Source of the DNA: an uncultured Candidatus Saccharibacteria bacterium
GTDB taxonomy: Bacteria; Patescibacteriota; Saccharimonadia; Saccharimonadales; Saccharimonadaceae
Direction: 5' to 3'
NCBI GenBank assembly: GCA_947428935.1
Contig: CANENS010000001.1
Coordinates: 29,965-93,964, forward strand
DNA: 64,000 nucleotides
Each line of letters opens with the position of its first letter. The first letter of the stretch is position 1. Positions 1-9,433 of the stretch are shown here, one piece after another. A program made the position numbers and the translations under genes. The notes under the pieces were generated by a model. The model saw only the letters and a list, made by a program, of their open reading frames with translations, was not told the DNA's origin and made no database searches.

Positions 1-185
1 GTGCCTCCACGCGAAATCGTGGCATAGGTGCCGGAGCTGCAGTTAAAACGGATTACAGTCGGCTTCTTTTTCTTCGCCTTTGCCGCCGCCTGCACCTCCT
101 GAGGTACAGAAACCACGGTTGCGACAGATGTCGCAACCAACATCATTATCAGTATCAGTGCAACTTTTTTAATCATTTTTTTCAT
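1..185 (-). CDS. Secreted protein, N-terminal part only (runs off window start)
   Basis: ATG at 185 with AGGAGG RBS; MKKMIKKVALILIMMLVATSVATVVSVPQEVQA is a typical signal peptide; frame open to the edge. Confidence 0.7.
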   Translation of the reverse strand, partial: MKKMIKKVALILIMMLVATSVATVVSVPQEVQAAAKAKKKKPTVIRFNCSSGTYATISRGG

Positions 186-321
186 ACCACTTCTCCTCCT
201 GTTTTTACGTATGAAAAATCAATAGTTTCCGTGGCAAAAGCCAGTAACGCACCCCTATCTCGAGCAGCAGAATTCGAGAAATTTCTGTCAAGGTGCGAGC
301 GGTTTTGCCACTCATATCTCC

Positions 322-350
322 ATTGTAGCACACATGCTTAAAAAAGTCAA
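322..350 (-). promoter_or_regulatory. sigma70 promoter of the accessory-gene family
   Basis: TTGACT-17bp-TACAAT with extended TG; near-identical to promoters at 25481-25509 and 55110-55138. Confidence 0.7.
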
Positions 351-554
351 TACTTTTATGCTAAATTTTTGGTATTTTCTAGTATATTGTATAATGCTTA
401 TGTTTAGCAACAGGGGTGGAGCAAGATTTTTCGAGAGGTATCTATGTTATGCTATAATGATTATATTTTGTCAATAGAATTTGTGCGTACAGGGGTAAAG
501 GGTGGAAAGGAGCGATTTTTGAGGTCGAGCGGGTAAACGTGGTATAATGGGAGT

Positions 555-1829
555 ATGACTGTGGTGAAGAGGCTGAAAAAACGATTTTATTTTGTGGCGG
601 CAGGTTATTTCCGGGTTTTTGCGAGTTTGGCTTTGCGACGTTGGCATCCGCGGGTGATTGCGGTGACGGGCTCGGTAGGGAAGACTACGATGTTGCATTT
701 GCTGGAGTTTGAGCTGGGGAGGCGCGCGCATTATTCGCACGATGCGAATTCAGCCTTTGGGATTAGTTTTGATCTTTTGGGTATGGAAGGGATTCGGGGG
801 TCGAAGTGGCGCTGGATACGGCTGGTTTTTGAAGCGCCGTTTAAAGCATTGTTTTATCGGCGAGAGGGGGAGTTTTACGTGGTGGAAATCGATGGCGAGC
901 GTCCGCGCGAGACGGAATTTTTGGCGAAGTGGTTGAAGCCGGAGATAACGCTGTGGGTTTCGCTAGGGCGTTCGCATGCGGTGCAGTTTGAACGTGAAGT
1001 GGCGGAAGGGAAGTTTTCGGATTTAGATACGGCGATTGCGCATGAATTTGCGACTCTGCCGGAGGCGACAACGGGAGTAGTGTATATAGATGGCGATTCG
1101 AAGCGTATGCGTGAAGTCACTGCTCAGATTGGGGCGAAAGTGGTGGAAGTGAAGCGAGCGGGTTTGAAGAAATATGAGGTAGCACCGGATCGGACCGAGT
1201 ATGAACTGAAGGACGGAACGAAGTTTCGGTTTGCGCAGCCGGAGCCGCGCGACTTGGCAATTCAGCTAGGAATGTTGCAGAAGTTGACTAAAGAGCTAGA
1301 CGTGCCGCTGAAGACTGATTTGCGCGAGTTAAAAATGCCGCCGGGGCGAAGTAGCTTTTTACGAGGGAAACACGGTTTGCGACTGATCGATAGTAGTTAT
1401 AATGCGCATTTGATTAGTGTGGGGTCGATTCTCGAAATGGTGAAGGAGATGCCGGATCAGCATAAGTGGTTAGTGATTGGTGATATCGTTGACCAAGGGT
1501 CGATTGAGGGGCAGGAACACCGGAAGTTGGCAGATTTGATTGCGAAAGTGGAGCCGGAAATGGTGGTTTTGGTGGGGTGGCGGACCAAGCAGTATACCGC
1601 GCCGAGGCTGAAGGAGTTAGGGGTGCGAGCCTGCACGACGGTGGACCCACATAAAGCGTTGGAATATATTGAACAGCATGCGACTGGGGAAGAGGTGATT
1701 ATCTTCAAGGGGAGTCAATATTTGGAATGGATTATCGAGAAGCTGCTGGAGAATCCGGACGATGCGGAGAAGTTGCCGCGCAGAGAACCGGCGGCGGTGA
1801 AGCGGCGCAAAAAATGGGGACTAACGTAA
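555..1829 (+). CDS. Mur ligase family protein (MurF-like)
   Basis: P-loop VIAVTGSVGKTT and C-terminal DSSYNA/GDIVDQG Mur ligase motifs. Confidence 0.8.
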   Translation: MTVVKRLKKRFYFVAAGYFRVFASLALRRWHPRVIAVTGSVGKTTMLHLLEFELGRRAHYSHDANSAFGISFDLLGMEGIRGSKWRWIRLVFEAPFKALFYRREGEFYVVEIDGERPRETEFLAKWLKPEITLWVSLGRSHAVQFEREVAEGKFSDLDTAIAHEFATLPEATTGVVYIDGDSKRMREVTAQIGAKVVEVKRAGLKKYEVAPDRTEYELKDGTKFRFAQPEPRDLAIQLGMLQKLTKELDVPLKTDLRELKMPPGRSSFLRGKHGLRLIDSSYNAHLISVGSILEMVKEMPDQHKWLVIGDIVDQGSIEGQEHRKLADLIAKVEPEMVVLVGWRTKQYTAPRLKELGVRACTTVDPHKALEYIEQHATGEEVIIFKGSQYLEWIIEKLLENPDDAEKLPRREPAAVKRRKKWGLT

Positions 1830-3241
1830 TGGCGAAGCCAGTTTTGTACATTATCCACGGGTGGACTTATACCACTGAACATTGGAAAAAGACTCTGGTG
1901 ACGTTGGAAAAGCTGGGGATTGAACCAAAAATGCTGAATGTGCCGGGATTGACGGCGCCGTCGAAGGCGGTCTGGACGATTGCTGATTATATGAAATGGG
2001 CAGATGAGCAGATCCCGGACGGTGCGGTGGCGCTCGGGCATAGTAATGGCGGGCGGATTTTGTTAAATCTTTGTAGCCAGAATCCGGCGAAGTTGAAGCA
2101 TCTGATTTTATTGGATGCAGCGGGGGTTTATGAGCCTTCAACGAAGCGGGATGTGGCACGGACTCTTTCCAAGGGCATGGGTTTTTTGAAAAAAGTTCCG
2201 GGTGCGACTAAGGTTTGGCATAAGTTGACTGGCTCGTCGGATTATGCGCGGGCACCGGAAAATATGAAGAAAACTTTGTCTAATATGCTGGATTCTGATC
2301 GAGATTTGGCGATTAAAAAAGTGACTACGCCAACTTCGATTATTTGGGGCAAAGCTGACACGACTACGCCACCGCGCCAAGCGGAAAAAATGCGTCAGGA
2401 ACTGCCAAATAGTACTCTGGAGATGCACGAGGGTTGGACGCATGCGCCGTATATTTCGCATCCGGAGGAGTTAGCACGAGTGATTTTCCGGATTCTGAAA
2501 AACCCTCCGCGTAATCCGCAAGTGGTTGATGATACATTGTCGGTTTCGGCGGCGCATGCTTTGAAGCGAGCGAGCGGGCCGGTTTTGTCTAGTGACCAGG
2601 ATGTAAATGGGGTGGTGCCAGGTGCGCCGACTAAGTTGGAGCTGAAGAATGGAAAGACTTCGCCGGCGGAAAAGATCGTGATTTCGGAAGAAGATGCGGC
2701 AGCGATTAAATATGATACGAAGCCCCCCAAAGAAGAACCGAAACCGACTGATGTGGCGGAAAAGTCGGCTTCAGCGAATTTTAAGAAAGCACAGACGAAA
2801 GCATCGCCACAGTTGGACTCGACGGCGGTTTCGGCGTCAGCAAGTTTACCAAAAGTTGATAAAAAGGGTTTGCTATTTCAGAAAACGCATAAACGTTCGG
2901 CCTCCTTGTCCTTGAAGGCGAAGGAGAATGATAGAAAGAAGAAGTCACTGGATCATGAAAAAGGCGCTGCGACGGTCGAAAAGGAGGAGAATATTCCGAT
3001 CGTAAGCGGCGAGGTGATGACTTCGGAGCGGATGCCAGAAGACTTGAAAGAACAGAATAAGCTGGAAATTGCAAGGAATGCGGTGTCAGGGCTTGGACTA
3101 CGCAAGCGTATGCTTGGCCGAAAAAATAGTCGCGAAAAGGTGGATCCGAAGTCTAAAAAGGTTCGCGAGGCAGAGATTGCGCCGAAGATGGAGGCTTCTG
3201 AAATGGTCGACTCAACGGTGACTTCAGAAGGGGCGAAATAG
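1829..3241 (+). CDS. Alpha/beta hydrolase with long low-complexity C-terminal tail
   Basis: HGW and GHSNGG nucleophile motifs; start ATG overlaps the upstream stop (TAATG). Confidence 0.8.
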   Translation: MAKPVLYIIHGWTYTTEHWKKTLVTLEKLGIEPKMLNVPGLTAPSKAVWTIADYMKWADEQIPDGAVALGHSNGGRILLNLCSQNPAKLKHLILLDAAGVYEPSTKRDVARTLSKGMGFLKKVPGATKVWHKLTGSSDYARAPENMKKTLSNMLDSDRDLAIKKVTTPTSIIWGKADTTTPPRQAEKMRQELPNSTLEMHEGWTHAPYISHPEELARVIFRILKNPPRNPQVVDDTLSVSAAHALKRASGPVLSSDQDVNGVVPGAPTKLELKNGKTSPAEKIVISEEDAAAIKYDTKPPKEEPKPTDVAEKSASANFKKAQTKASPQLDSTAVSASASLPKVDKKGLLFQKTHKRSASLSLKAKENDRKKKSLDHEKGAATVEKEENIPIVSGEVMTSERMPEDLKEQNKLEIARNAVSGLGLRKRMLGRKNSREKVDPKSKKVREAEIAPKMEASEMVDSTVTSEGAK

Positions 3242-4473
3242 TGCTATTCTTGGGGCAGGCTGCGAATTATTCAGCGCCGGCTATGTGGCGTCAGTTGTTC
3301 GTACATGGTAACCGGAGAGATATGGAGGCTTTGGCGCAGGCGCTAGCGGAGCGTTATTTACCGAAAAAATTGTTGGAGCAGGGTTTTTCGACGGAAAAAA
3401 GTACGCAGCGGGAAGGAAACAGAGTTGTGCTTTACCAGAGCGGCCGTTCGGCGCTGGCGGCGGCAATTATGGCGACGGTGCCGCGTGGGTCGGCAGTAAT
3501 CATTACTGGTCTGACTTGTATTGCGGTAGTACGGGCAGTGAAGGCAGCGGGCTGTGTGCCGGTGTTTGCGGACATAGATCGTGAGACTTTGCAATTCAAT
3601 GCAGAAACTGTTAAAAAAGCTCTTGACAAATGTAGGCATAAGGATTATAATGTGAGAGGAATAGTCGTGCAGAATACTCTAGGACGACTGCTTGAGGTGT
3701 CTGCGATTGAAGAAATTGCGAAAGAGCATGACTTGGTGATTATTGAAGATTTAGCGCATTCGGCTGGTAGGTTTTATGATGACGGGCGCGAAGTTGGAAC
3801 GGTGGGCGCGGCGACTATATTGTCTTTTGGGAAGGGAAAAGCGATCGATACGATTACCGGGGGAGCGGTGATTATCCGAGCGGAAAAGCCTTTGGTTTTT
3901 CCGCGCCCACCGCAGCGCCGAGCTCGGCTCGGCGCCCGACTTCGCGCCCGCATTTATCCCCTGCTTGGCAAAATAATCCGGGGCGGTTATTATCTACGGA
4001 TCAATAAAATTATCACTGCGGTTTGCCTGAAAATACATCTGATTGAGCGTTCGGCGGATGTGGAGCTGAATTTGGATCTAAAATTGGAACCTTGGCAAGC
4101 GAAGTTAGCTTTGGAACAGTTGCGAAAATTGCCGAAGATGCCACTCAGAGAAGGTTTTTTAGTGCGAAAACGGGAGCGCTTGCTTGCAGAAATGCGCAAA
4201 AGAGGATATCATTTGGATGAAATTTGGTATGATGTGCCGGTTTCGCCGGCGCGCTATGCTAAAGAGGCGAATTTTTCGTCCGAAGATTGTCCGGAGACGG
4301 TGCGAGTGGCGCAGGAAATCGTTAATTTACCAACTTATTATTCGGAGCAAAAGTTGGCGCCGGTGCGAAAAATGATTGCAAAATATGAGATCAATAATAA
4401 GGATATTGTGAAAAGTTGCAACGAGTCAATGGATGGTGCTCGAGCTAATGACGAAAGGGAAGGAGCGAAATGA
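3241..4473 (+). CDS. DegT/DnrJ/EryC1/StrS-family PLP-dependent aminotransferase-like protein
   Basis: SGRSAL, IEDLAHS, SFGKGK and VNLPT motifs; GTG start overlaps the upstream stop. Confidence 0.75.
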   Translation: MLFLGQAANYSAPAMWRQLFVHGNRRDMEALAQALAERYLPKKLLEQGFSTEKSTQREGNRVVLYQSGRSALAAAIMATVPRGSAVIITGLTCIAVVRAVKAAGCVPVFADIDRETLQFNAETVKKALDKCRHKDYNVRGIVVQNTLGRLLEVSAIEEIAKEHDLVIIEDLAHSAGRFYDDGREVGTVGAATILSFGKGKAIDTITGGAVIIRAEKPLVFPRPPQRRARLGARLRARIYPLLGKIIRGGYYLRINKIITAVCLKIHLIERSADVELNLDLKLEPWQAKLALEQLRKLPKMPLREGFLVRKRERLLAEMRKRGYHLDEIWYDVPVSPARYAKEANFSSEDCPETVRVAQEIVNLPTYYSEQKLAPVRKMIAKYEINNKDIVKSCNESMDGARANDEREGAK

Positions 4474-5870
4474 GCGTAAAAAATCAGCAAAGACGAGGTA
4501 AGGAACGTTTGAAATTGGCAAAAAAAGCTGGTTTAGTCGGAGGTTCCTTAGGCGTGGAGGCGAAACGTAGCAAGAACGCTATAGGTGAAAAATCTGAGGC
4601 AATTGACGATTTGGATAGAATATCAAATCAGGAAAAATCGGGTGGGCCGACCGGAAATAAGATTGAAAATGGGGCTGTTTCGGTAGCACGAAAGAAGGCG
4701 AAGGAGGGTCATCCTTCTATTGTAGCACAGATTGACAAAAAAGTCAATACTCCTTACGCTTCTTCGCCTAAAAAGCGCCAAAAAGCCCTAGATGGGGCTA
4801 AAAAAGAGCTCAAAACTGTCCAAAAGAGTTTTAAAAACCCCAAAAATGATACTGGTGATTTAGCTGAGGTTTCGGGCGGCGTGACAGAACGCGAGTGCGC
4901 GTGGGAGCGGATTTTGCAGCTTTATCCGGAGGCGAATTTCTTGCAATCGCCAGAATGGGCGGAGGCAAACCGGGCGATGGGACATCGCCCGGTTTGGGGC
5001 GACCTCGGCGAAAAAGCTTGGTGCTTGATGTTGGTAAAAAACGCGAAAAGGGGTCGGTATTTGGAAGTTCCTGGTGGTCCGTTGCTGGATTGGCAAGATG
5101 AACAGGCGGTGACACGAGCTTTCGCAGCTATTCGCGAGGTCGCCCAGCACGAAAACTGTGTTTTCGTGCGCCTCCGCCCACAATTGACGAAGTCTTCGTC
5201 GCATCAGGCGATTTTTGCGCGTCAAGGCGCAAAAATCGCCCCCATGCATTTACATGCGGAACATACGGTAATTCTTGACTTGATGCAGAGTGAAGAAGAT
5301 TTACTAAAAAAGATGCGTCGACAGACGCGATATGAGGTGCGCCAGGCCGTGAAAAAAGGCGTGCAGGTTGATTGGGGAAATAGTGAAGAGCTATATCGTG
5401 AGTTTCATAATGTGCAGCATGAAACCGCGTTGCGTCAACACTTTGTGCCGCCAAATTTAGTAACTTTGCTGGCTGAGCGTCAGGGTTTTGGTCAGAATGC
5501 TCGGATTTATGTGGCGAGAGATGCGAAAGAACAGCCAATCGCTTATGGTCTGATTTTTTGGTCAGGGAAGGAAGGTGAATATTTTGAGGCGGCATCGACC
5601 GATTTGAATCGAAAATTACCGGGTTCCTATGCTATAATTTGGCAGGCGATGCAAGACTTGAAGGGGTTGGGCTTGGAGCGCTTTAACCTTTGGGGGATTG
5701 CGCCACCGGGAGAGACAAAACACCGCTATTCGGGTGTAACCACTTTCAAGACGGGTTTTGGTGGCGAAGTAGTGGAGTATCTGCCGGCGCAGGATCTGAT
5801 TATCCGGACGGCGCGCTACAAAATTAATCTTTTAGTGGAGAGAGCACGTAAAAGGTGGCGGCATCTGTGA
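4470..5870 (+). CDS. FemABX-family peptidoglycan peptidyltransferase with ~137-aa N-terminal extension
   Basis: FLQSPEW, PGGPLLDW, RRQTRYEVRQA, FNLWGI, FKTGFGG motifs; ATGA coupling to upstream gene. Confidence 0.85.
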   Translation: MSVKNQQRRGKERLKLAKKAGLVGGSLGVEAKRSKNAIGEKSEAIDDLDRISNQEKSGGPTGNKIENGAVSVARKKAKEGHPSIVAQIDKKVNTPYASSPKKRQKALDGAKKELKTVQKSFKNPKNDTGDLAEVSGGVTERECAWERILQLYPEANFLQSPEWAEANRAMGHRPVWGDLGEKAWCLMLVKNAKRGRYLEVPGGPLLDWQDEQAVTRAFAAIREVAQHENCVFVRLRPQLTKSSSHQAIFARQGAKIAPMHLHAEHTVILDLMQSEEDLLKKMRRQTRYEVRQAVKKGVQVDWGNSEELYREFHNVQHETALRQHFVPPNLVTLLAERQGFGQNARIYVARDAKEQPIAYGLIFWSGKEGEYFEAASTDLNRKLPGSYAIIWQAMQDLKGLGLERFNLWGIAPPGETKHRYSGVTTFKTGFGGEVVEYLPAQDLIIRTARYKINLLVERARKRWRHL

Positions 5871-5966
5871 GCACGATGATTAATGCGCTGCTGTATAATA
5901 TTTTGGGGTAATGGCTGGGTTGAGAACGCTAATTTGTTCAGTGTGACCGATGGACTTTCTAAAAAA

Positions 5967-6022
5967 TGACTAACGGTCAGTAATTTTACCCCTGGTTTTA
6001 GTGGGAAAATGACCAATAGTCA
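5967..6022. promoter_or_regulatory. Tandem palindromic operators TGACY-N3-RGTCA
   Basis: TGACTAACGGTCA (5967) and TGACCAATAGTCA (6010) inside a ~27-bp direct repeat; perfect version at 33996-34014. Confidence 0.55.
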
Positions 6023-6039
6023 GTAATTTTAGATTTTGC

Positions 6040-6234
6040 TCCGCAGCGGGTGGAATAATATTAATAAGGCTTCTATGAACTCTGCAGGCGCCAATAGTTA
6101 TTTATGGTCGAGTACTGGCACAGATTTAATTGGTGCATACTTTATTCGTTCTGATCAACCAAGGGTTACACTAGCAGATTCGAACTTTCGTCATCTCGCC
6201 TTCTCCCTCCGCTGCCTAGCTAGACTGTAATAAT
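6040..6234 (+). repeat. Orphan DGR-VR-like cassette 1 (intact, type A end)
   Basis: CGCAGCGGG...TGGTCG...CTCCGCTGCCTAGCTAGACTGTAATAAT; encodes RSGWNNIN...WSS...AYF...FSLRCLARL*. Confidence 0.85.
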
Positions 6235-6347
6235 ATATGGTAGGGTATGTGTCAAGGTTACGTTCCTTATTCTTTGGCGAGTGGGTGATTTTTTGGTTTT
6301 AGCTTTATTTTGGGGGTTCCTTTTATAATTATGCTGTTTATGTTTTT

Positions 6348-6500
6348 TCTATACTTGAGCGGCGGAGAGGGTGGTGGTAAAAGCACATACTACTACGAGA
6401 TAGGTCGAGATTAGAAAGGTCAAGAATTAGATAATAAGCGTAACGGGTGTTGTTTGCGGGTTGAGCGGACCAACTATAAAGTCAAACATAAAATGTTGAA
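6348..6500 (-). repeat. Orphan VR-like cassette 2 (decayed, type B end), convergent with cassette 1
   Basis: Minus strand reads YSWSAQPANNTRYAYYLILDLSNLDLSRSSMCFYHHPLRRSSI; 3' end matches cassette at 28820 at 21 of 24 nt; 5' part has a stop/indels. Confidence 0.7.
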
Positions 6501-7118
6501 ACTATAATGTCTGTGGAAAACTTTGGCGTTGGTGGAAAAGTGGTGGAAAACTTTTGCTCCTGTTGAACAGGGAAGAAGGATTCTACTTGTGGAAAACTCT
6601 GCCAAGAAAGCTTAAAAATATGAAAGAAAATGTCAAAAAACTCTTGTAGTTTTTGGGGAAATTGTTTATACTTAAGTCAGTGGACGAACACCCACACAAA
6701 CAGATAAAATAACTACAAAAATTATCCTAAAATAAAAGAAAATACAAAAATTTAGTGAAATATAAGTAGGTTTTAGCTGCGAGGATTCACCCACTTGGTA
6801 TCGTAAGATTGTAGATTAACAAGGTTTGAGACTGGACAACTAGGAGTTTCGGCGCGCGTTTGGGTTACGCGAAATCTAAGCCAATATGCACCTCGAAAAA
6901 AACACCTCCCAATTAACTCTATAGATTTGCACTTGTGCGAATCTCAACCACTCATTTACACTATAAGTCTCTCAACGGTCGCGTATTGTGATTAGCTTCG
7001 GCTGGTCGGGTCGCGATGGATCTAAAAAGTGTATGATGTTAAATAAACAGCAAAGAAAACAAAACCGCGGAAGTTTCTAGTTGCACGGTCTCAAACAATG
7101 AGTGTATAATATACACAT

Positions 7119-8021
7119 ATGGAAGAACTTCATCAGCCAGTGTTGTTGTCGGAAGTACTCGAAGTTTTGCAGCCGAAGCCGGGCGAGTCGTATTTGGATT
7201 TGACGGCGGGGTATGCGGGGCATGCGAGTGAAGTTTTGGATGTGACACGGAATTATAAGGATGCAGTTTTGGTCGATCGGGATCAAAATGCGGTCGAAGT
7301 ACTTGAGGAGCGGTTTGTGAGTAAGCCGATTCGGATAGTGAAGGCGGATTTTTATGATGCGGTGTTGCAGGAAATTGAGTGTGGAAATACTTTCGACATG
7401 ATATTAATGGATTTTGGAGTTTCTTCTCCGCAGCTAGACAGAGCGGAACGGGGTTTTTCCTTCGCGAAAGATGGTCCGTTGGATATGAGAATGGATCGGA
7501 CGCAAGAGTTGGATGCTGGAGTAATTATCAATAAATGGGGCGAACAGCGTATCGTTAGCATCTTGGAGAAATATGGCGAAGAAAAGTCAGGTTTTGCGAA
7601 AATGATTGCGCGGGAGATTGTGCACGGACGGCCTTGGCAGTCGACGAAGCAGTTGGGGGAGGCTTTGGCGAAGTACGGTGGAGGCGGACGAGTGCACCCG
7701 GCGACGCGGACTTTCCAGGCGATTCGGATCGCGGTGAATAATGAGTTGGAGCTGATTGCTTGGACTTTGCCGCTGGTCTTGAAGGTTTTACGGCCAGGAG
7801 GGCGCGTAGCGGCGATTACTTTTCATAGTCTAGAAGATCGGTTGGTGAAAGATTGGCTGAAAGCCGAGACCACGAAGGGGGAAGAGTCGGAACTCGTGCT
7901 ACTGACGAAAAAACCGATTACTGCGGGAGATCAGGAGTTGTTTATCAACCCGAGAGCGAGAAGCGCGAAACTACGGGCGGCGCGTAAAAGATCGGACGAT
8001 AGTCTGTCGTTCGTGCGGTAG
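7119..8021 (+). CDS. rsmH: 16S rRNA m4C1402 methyltransferase RsmH (MraW)
   Basis: HQPVLL, DLTAGYAGH, DFGVSSPQLD, ITFHSLEDR, NPRARSAKLR. Confidence 0.97.
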   Translation: MEELHQPVLLSEVLEVLQPKPGESYLDLTAGYAGHASEVLDVTRNYKDAVLVDRDQNAVEVLEERFVSKPIRIVKADFYDAVLQEIECGNTFDMILMDFGVSSPQLDRAERGFSFAKDGPLDMRMDRTQELDAGVIINKWGEQRIVSILEKYGEEKSGFAKMIAREIVHGRPWQSTKQLGEALAKYGGGGRVHPATRTFQAIRIAVNNELELIAWTLPLVLKVLRPGGRVAAITFHSLEDRLVKDWLKAETTKGEESELVLLTKKPITAGDQELFINPRARSAKLRAARKRSDDSLSFVR

Positions 8022-8247
8022 AGTGTGGAGACTTAGCCAAGCACCAAACTAAACGTCGAGCTTTTCGTGGGGTTAGTGGACGTTCATAGGCGATGGCAGC
8101 AGGTCGGAGCGCAGTGGAGGTTTTTGAGCTTTAGCAAAAAGGTTTTACGCGCGTTAGGACCGGAGTCAGGAGCTTTTTGAGCGCATAATCACTAGCCGCA
8201 GGGCCGATAAAAATAAAAAATAAAATAAATCAAAAAAGGAGGCAATT

Positions 8248-8319
8248 ATGCCACGACAAATCATTGTAACTAGCAACCGTTCACGCGCACAAAAAGTGAA
8301 GGTTCATTTTGCAAAATAA
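8248..8319 (+). CDS. Candidate 23-aa small protein MPRQIIVTSNRSRAQKVKVHFAK
   Basis: AAGGAGG RBS 5 nt before the ATG; lies in the rsmH-ftsL spacer. Confidence 0.45.
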   Translation: MPRQIIVTSNRSRAQKVKVHFAK

Positions 8320-8890
8320 GTCGCGAACGACTATAAAAATAACAAAAGCGTAGCCGATGGGGCGGGTCGGCTATAACATAAAATTAGAAAAAGTATGACT
8401 TAGCCGTAAGCGCAGGCTGCGAGTTATGATCCAGTCAATATTTTGTTTCTGGAAGATAGTGAAAAGCTTCTAGAGGCATGGACAATTTTCGAACTGACGT
8501 TAGAATAGAGAGATCCTCAGTTTTGCGATGCAAAATTATGGATCACATAACAGAGAATTGGAAACGTTGGTTTCGTGGAGAGATTGATTTTTGATCGATT
8601 CCAAATGCGCTGACATGGGTCGACAGGCCCACCACGGTTGTAGAGTTAATGCCGTAGAGTGTTTTACAATACCTTATACATACATGACCTTCCCGGAAGT
8701 TGTGCGGGAGATTGATAATTCCGTCTCCCGCTTTCGACCGGTCTACACTCGACTCGGACAACCTATTTACGGCAAAAATACGGATTCTATGCGGAGTTTG
8801 TATGCGAGGGTAGTTTTTGATGCAGAGATGCTGAAATTGCTCAGGAAAACAATAAAACCTAAATAAAATAAAAACAGCGAGGAAATTTTA

Positions 8891-9238
8891 ATGAGACCCC
8901 AGACCTATACAACTAGAAGGGCGACGACGAACGGAAGTGGTTGGTCGCGTAACCAAAATATAGTGCGCCATAAGGCAAAGAGTTTGGGCTCGATTTCCAA
9001 TGCAATGATTGTCGGTTTATTGGTTTTGATTGTCGGATTAATTTATGTGTCGCAGGGAACGAAAGCTACGAATTATGACTATGAGCTTTCGGCGATTGAA
9101 GATGAAATTTCGGAACTTGAGGCGAAAAAAGAGGATTTGGCGGTCGAGAAGGCGCGTTTGACATCGATTGCTTCGTCCGAAAACAGTACGGTGGCGCAAA
9201 CTATGGAAGGTGCGAGTGTTGGGGGGTATGCAGAATAG
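8891..9238 (+). CDS. ftsL: FtsL-like cell division protein
   Basis: Single TM helix then leucine coiled coil; positioned between rsmH and ftsI. Confidence 0.7.
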   Translation: MRPQTYTTRRATTNGSGWSRNQNIVRHKAKSLGSISNAMIVGLLVLIVGLIYVSQGTKATNYDYELSAIEDEISELEAKKEDLAVEKARLTSIASSENSTVAQTMEGASVGGYAE

Positions 9239-9322
9239 GATTTATCAGTAAGGGTGTTCGAAGCGGCGTTTCTACGGAAGCGCTGTTTTTCTGATGGAAC
9301 TTGGTATAATACTTTTTTGCTT

Positions 9323-9433
9323 GTTCGCAGCGGGTATGTCAATTCTCATAATGGACGCCTGGTCGGCACTGGCCTTAACGGTTATGTATGGTCATCACGT
9401 AATAGCGTTAATGCTCACTGTATCTATCGCCTT
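9323..9433 (+). repeat. Orphan VR-like cassette 3 (5' half only)
   Basis: GTTCGCAGCGGGTATGTC start; VRSGYVNSHNGRLVGTGLNGYVWSSRN...IYRL; similarity is lost after ~9433. Confidence 0.8.

Noticed and set aside
255-272. CTATCTCGAGCAGC resembling a type B cassette end
   Set aside because: Only ~14 nt match and no cassette body follows
8543-8700. Minus-strand peptide FREGHVCI...GINS...FQFS resembling a cassette
   Set aside because: Lacks the invariant TGGTC and PLRC blocks; similarity could be chance
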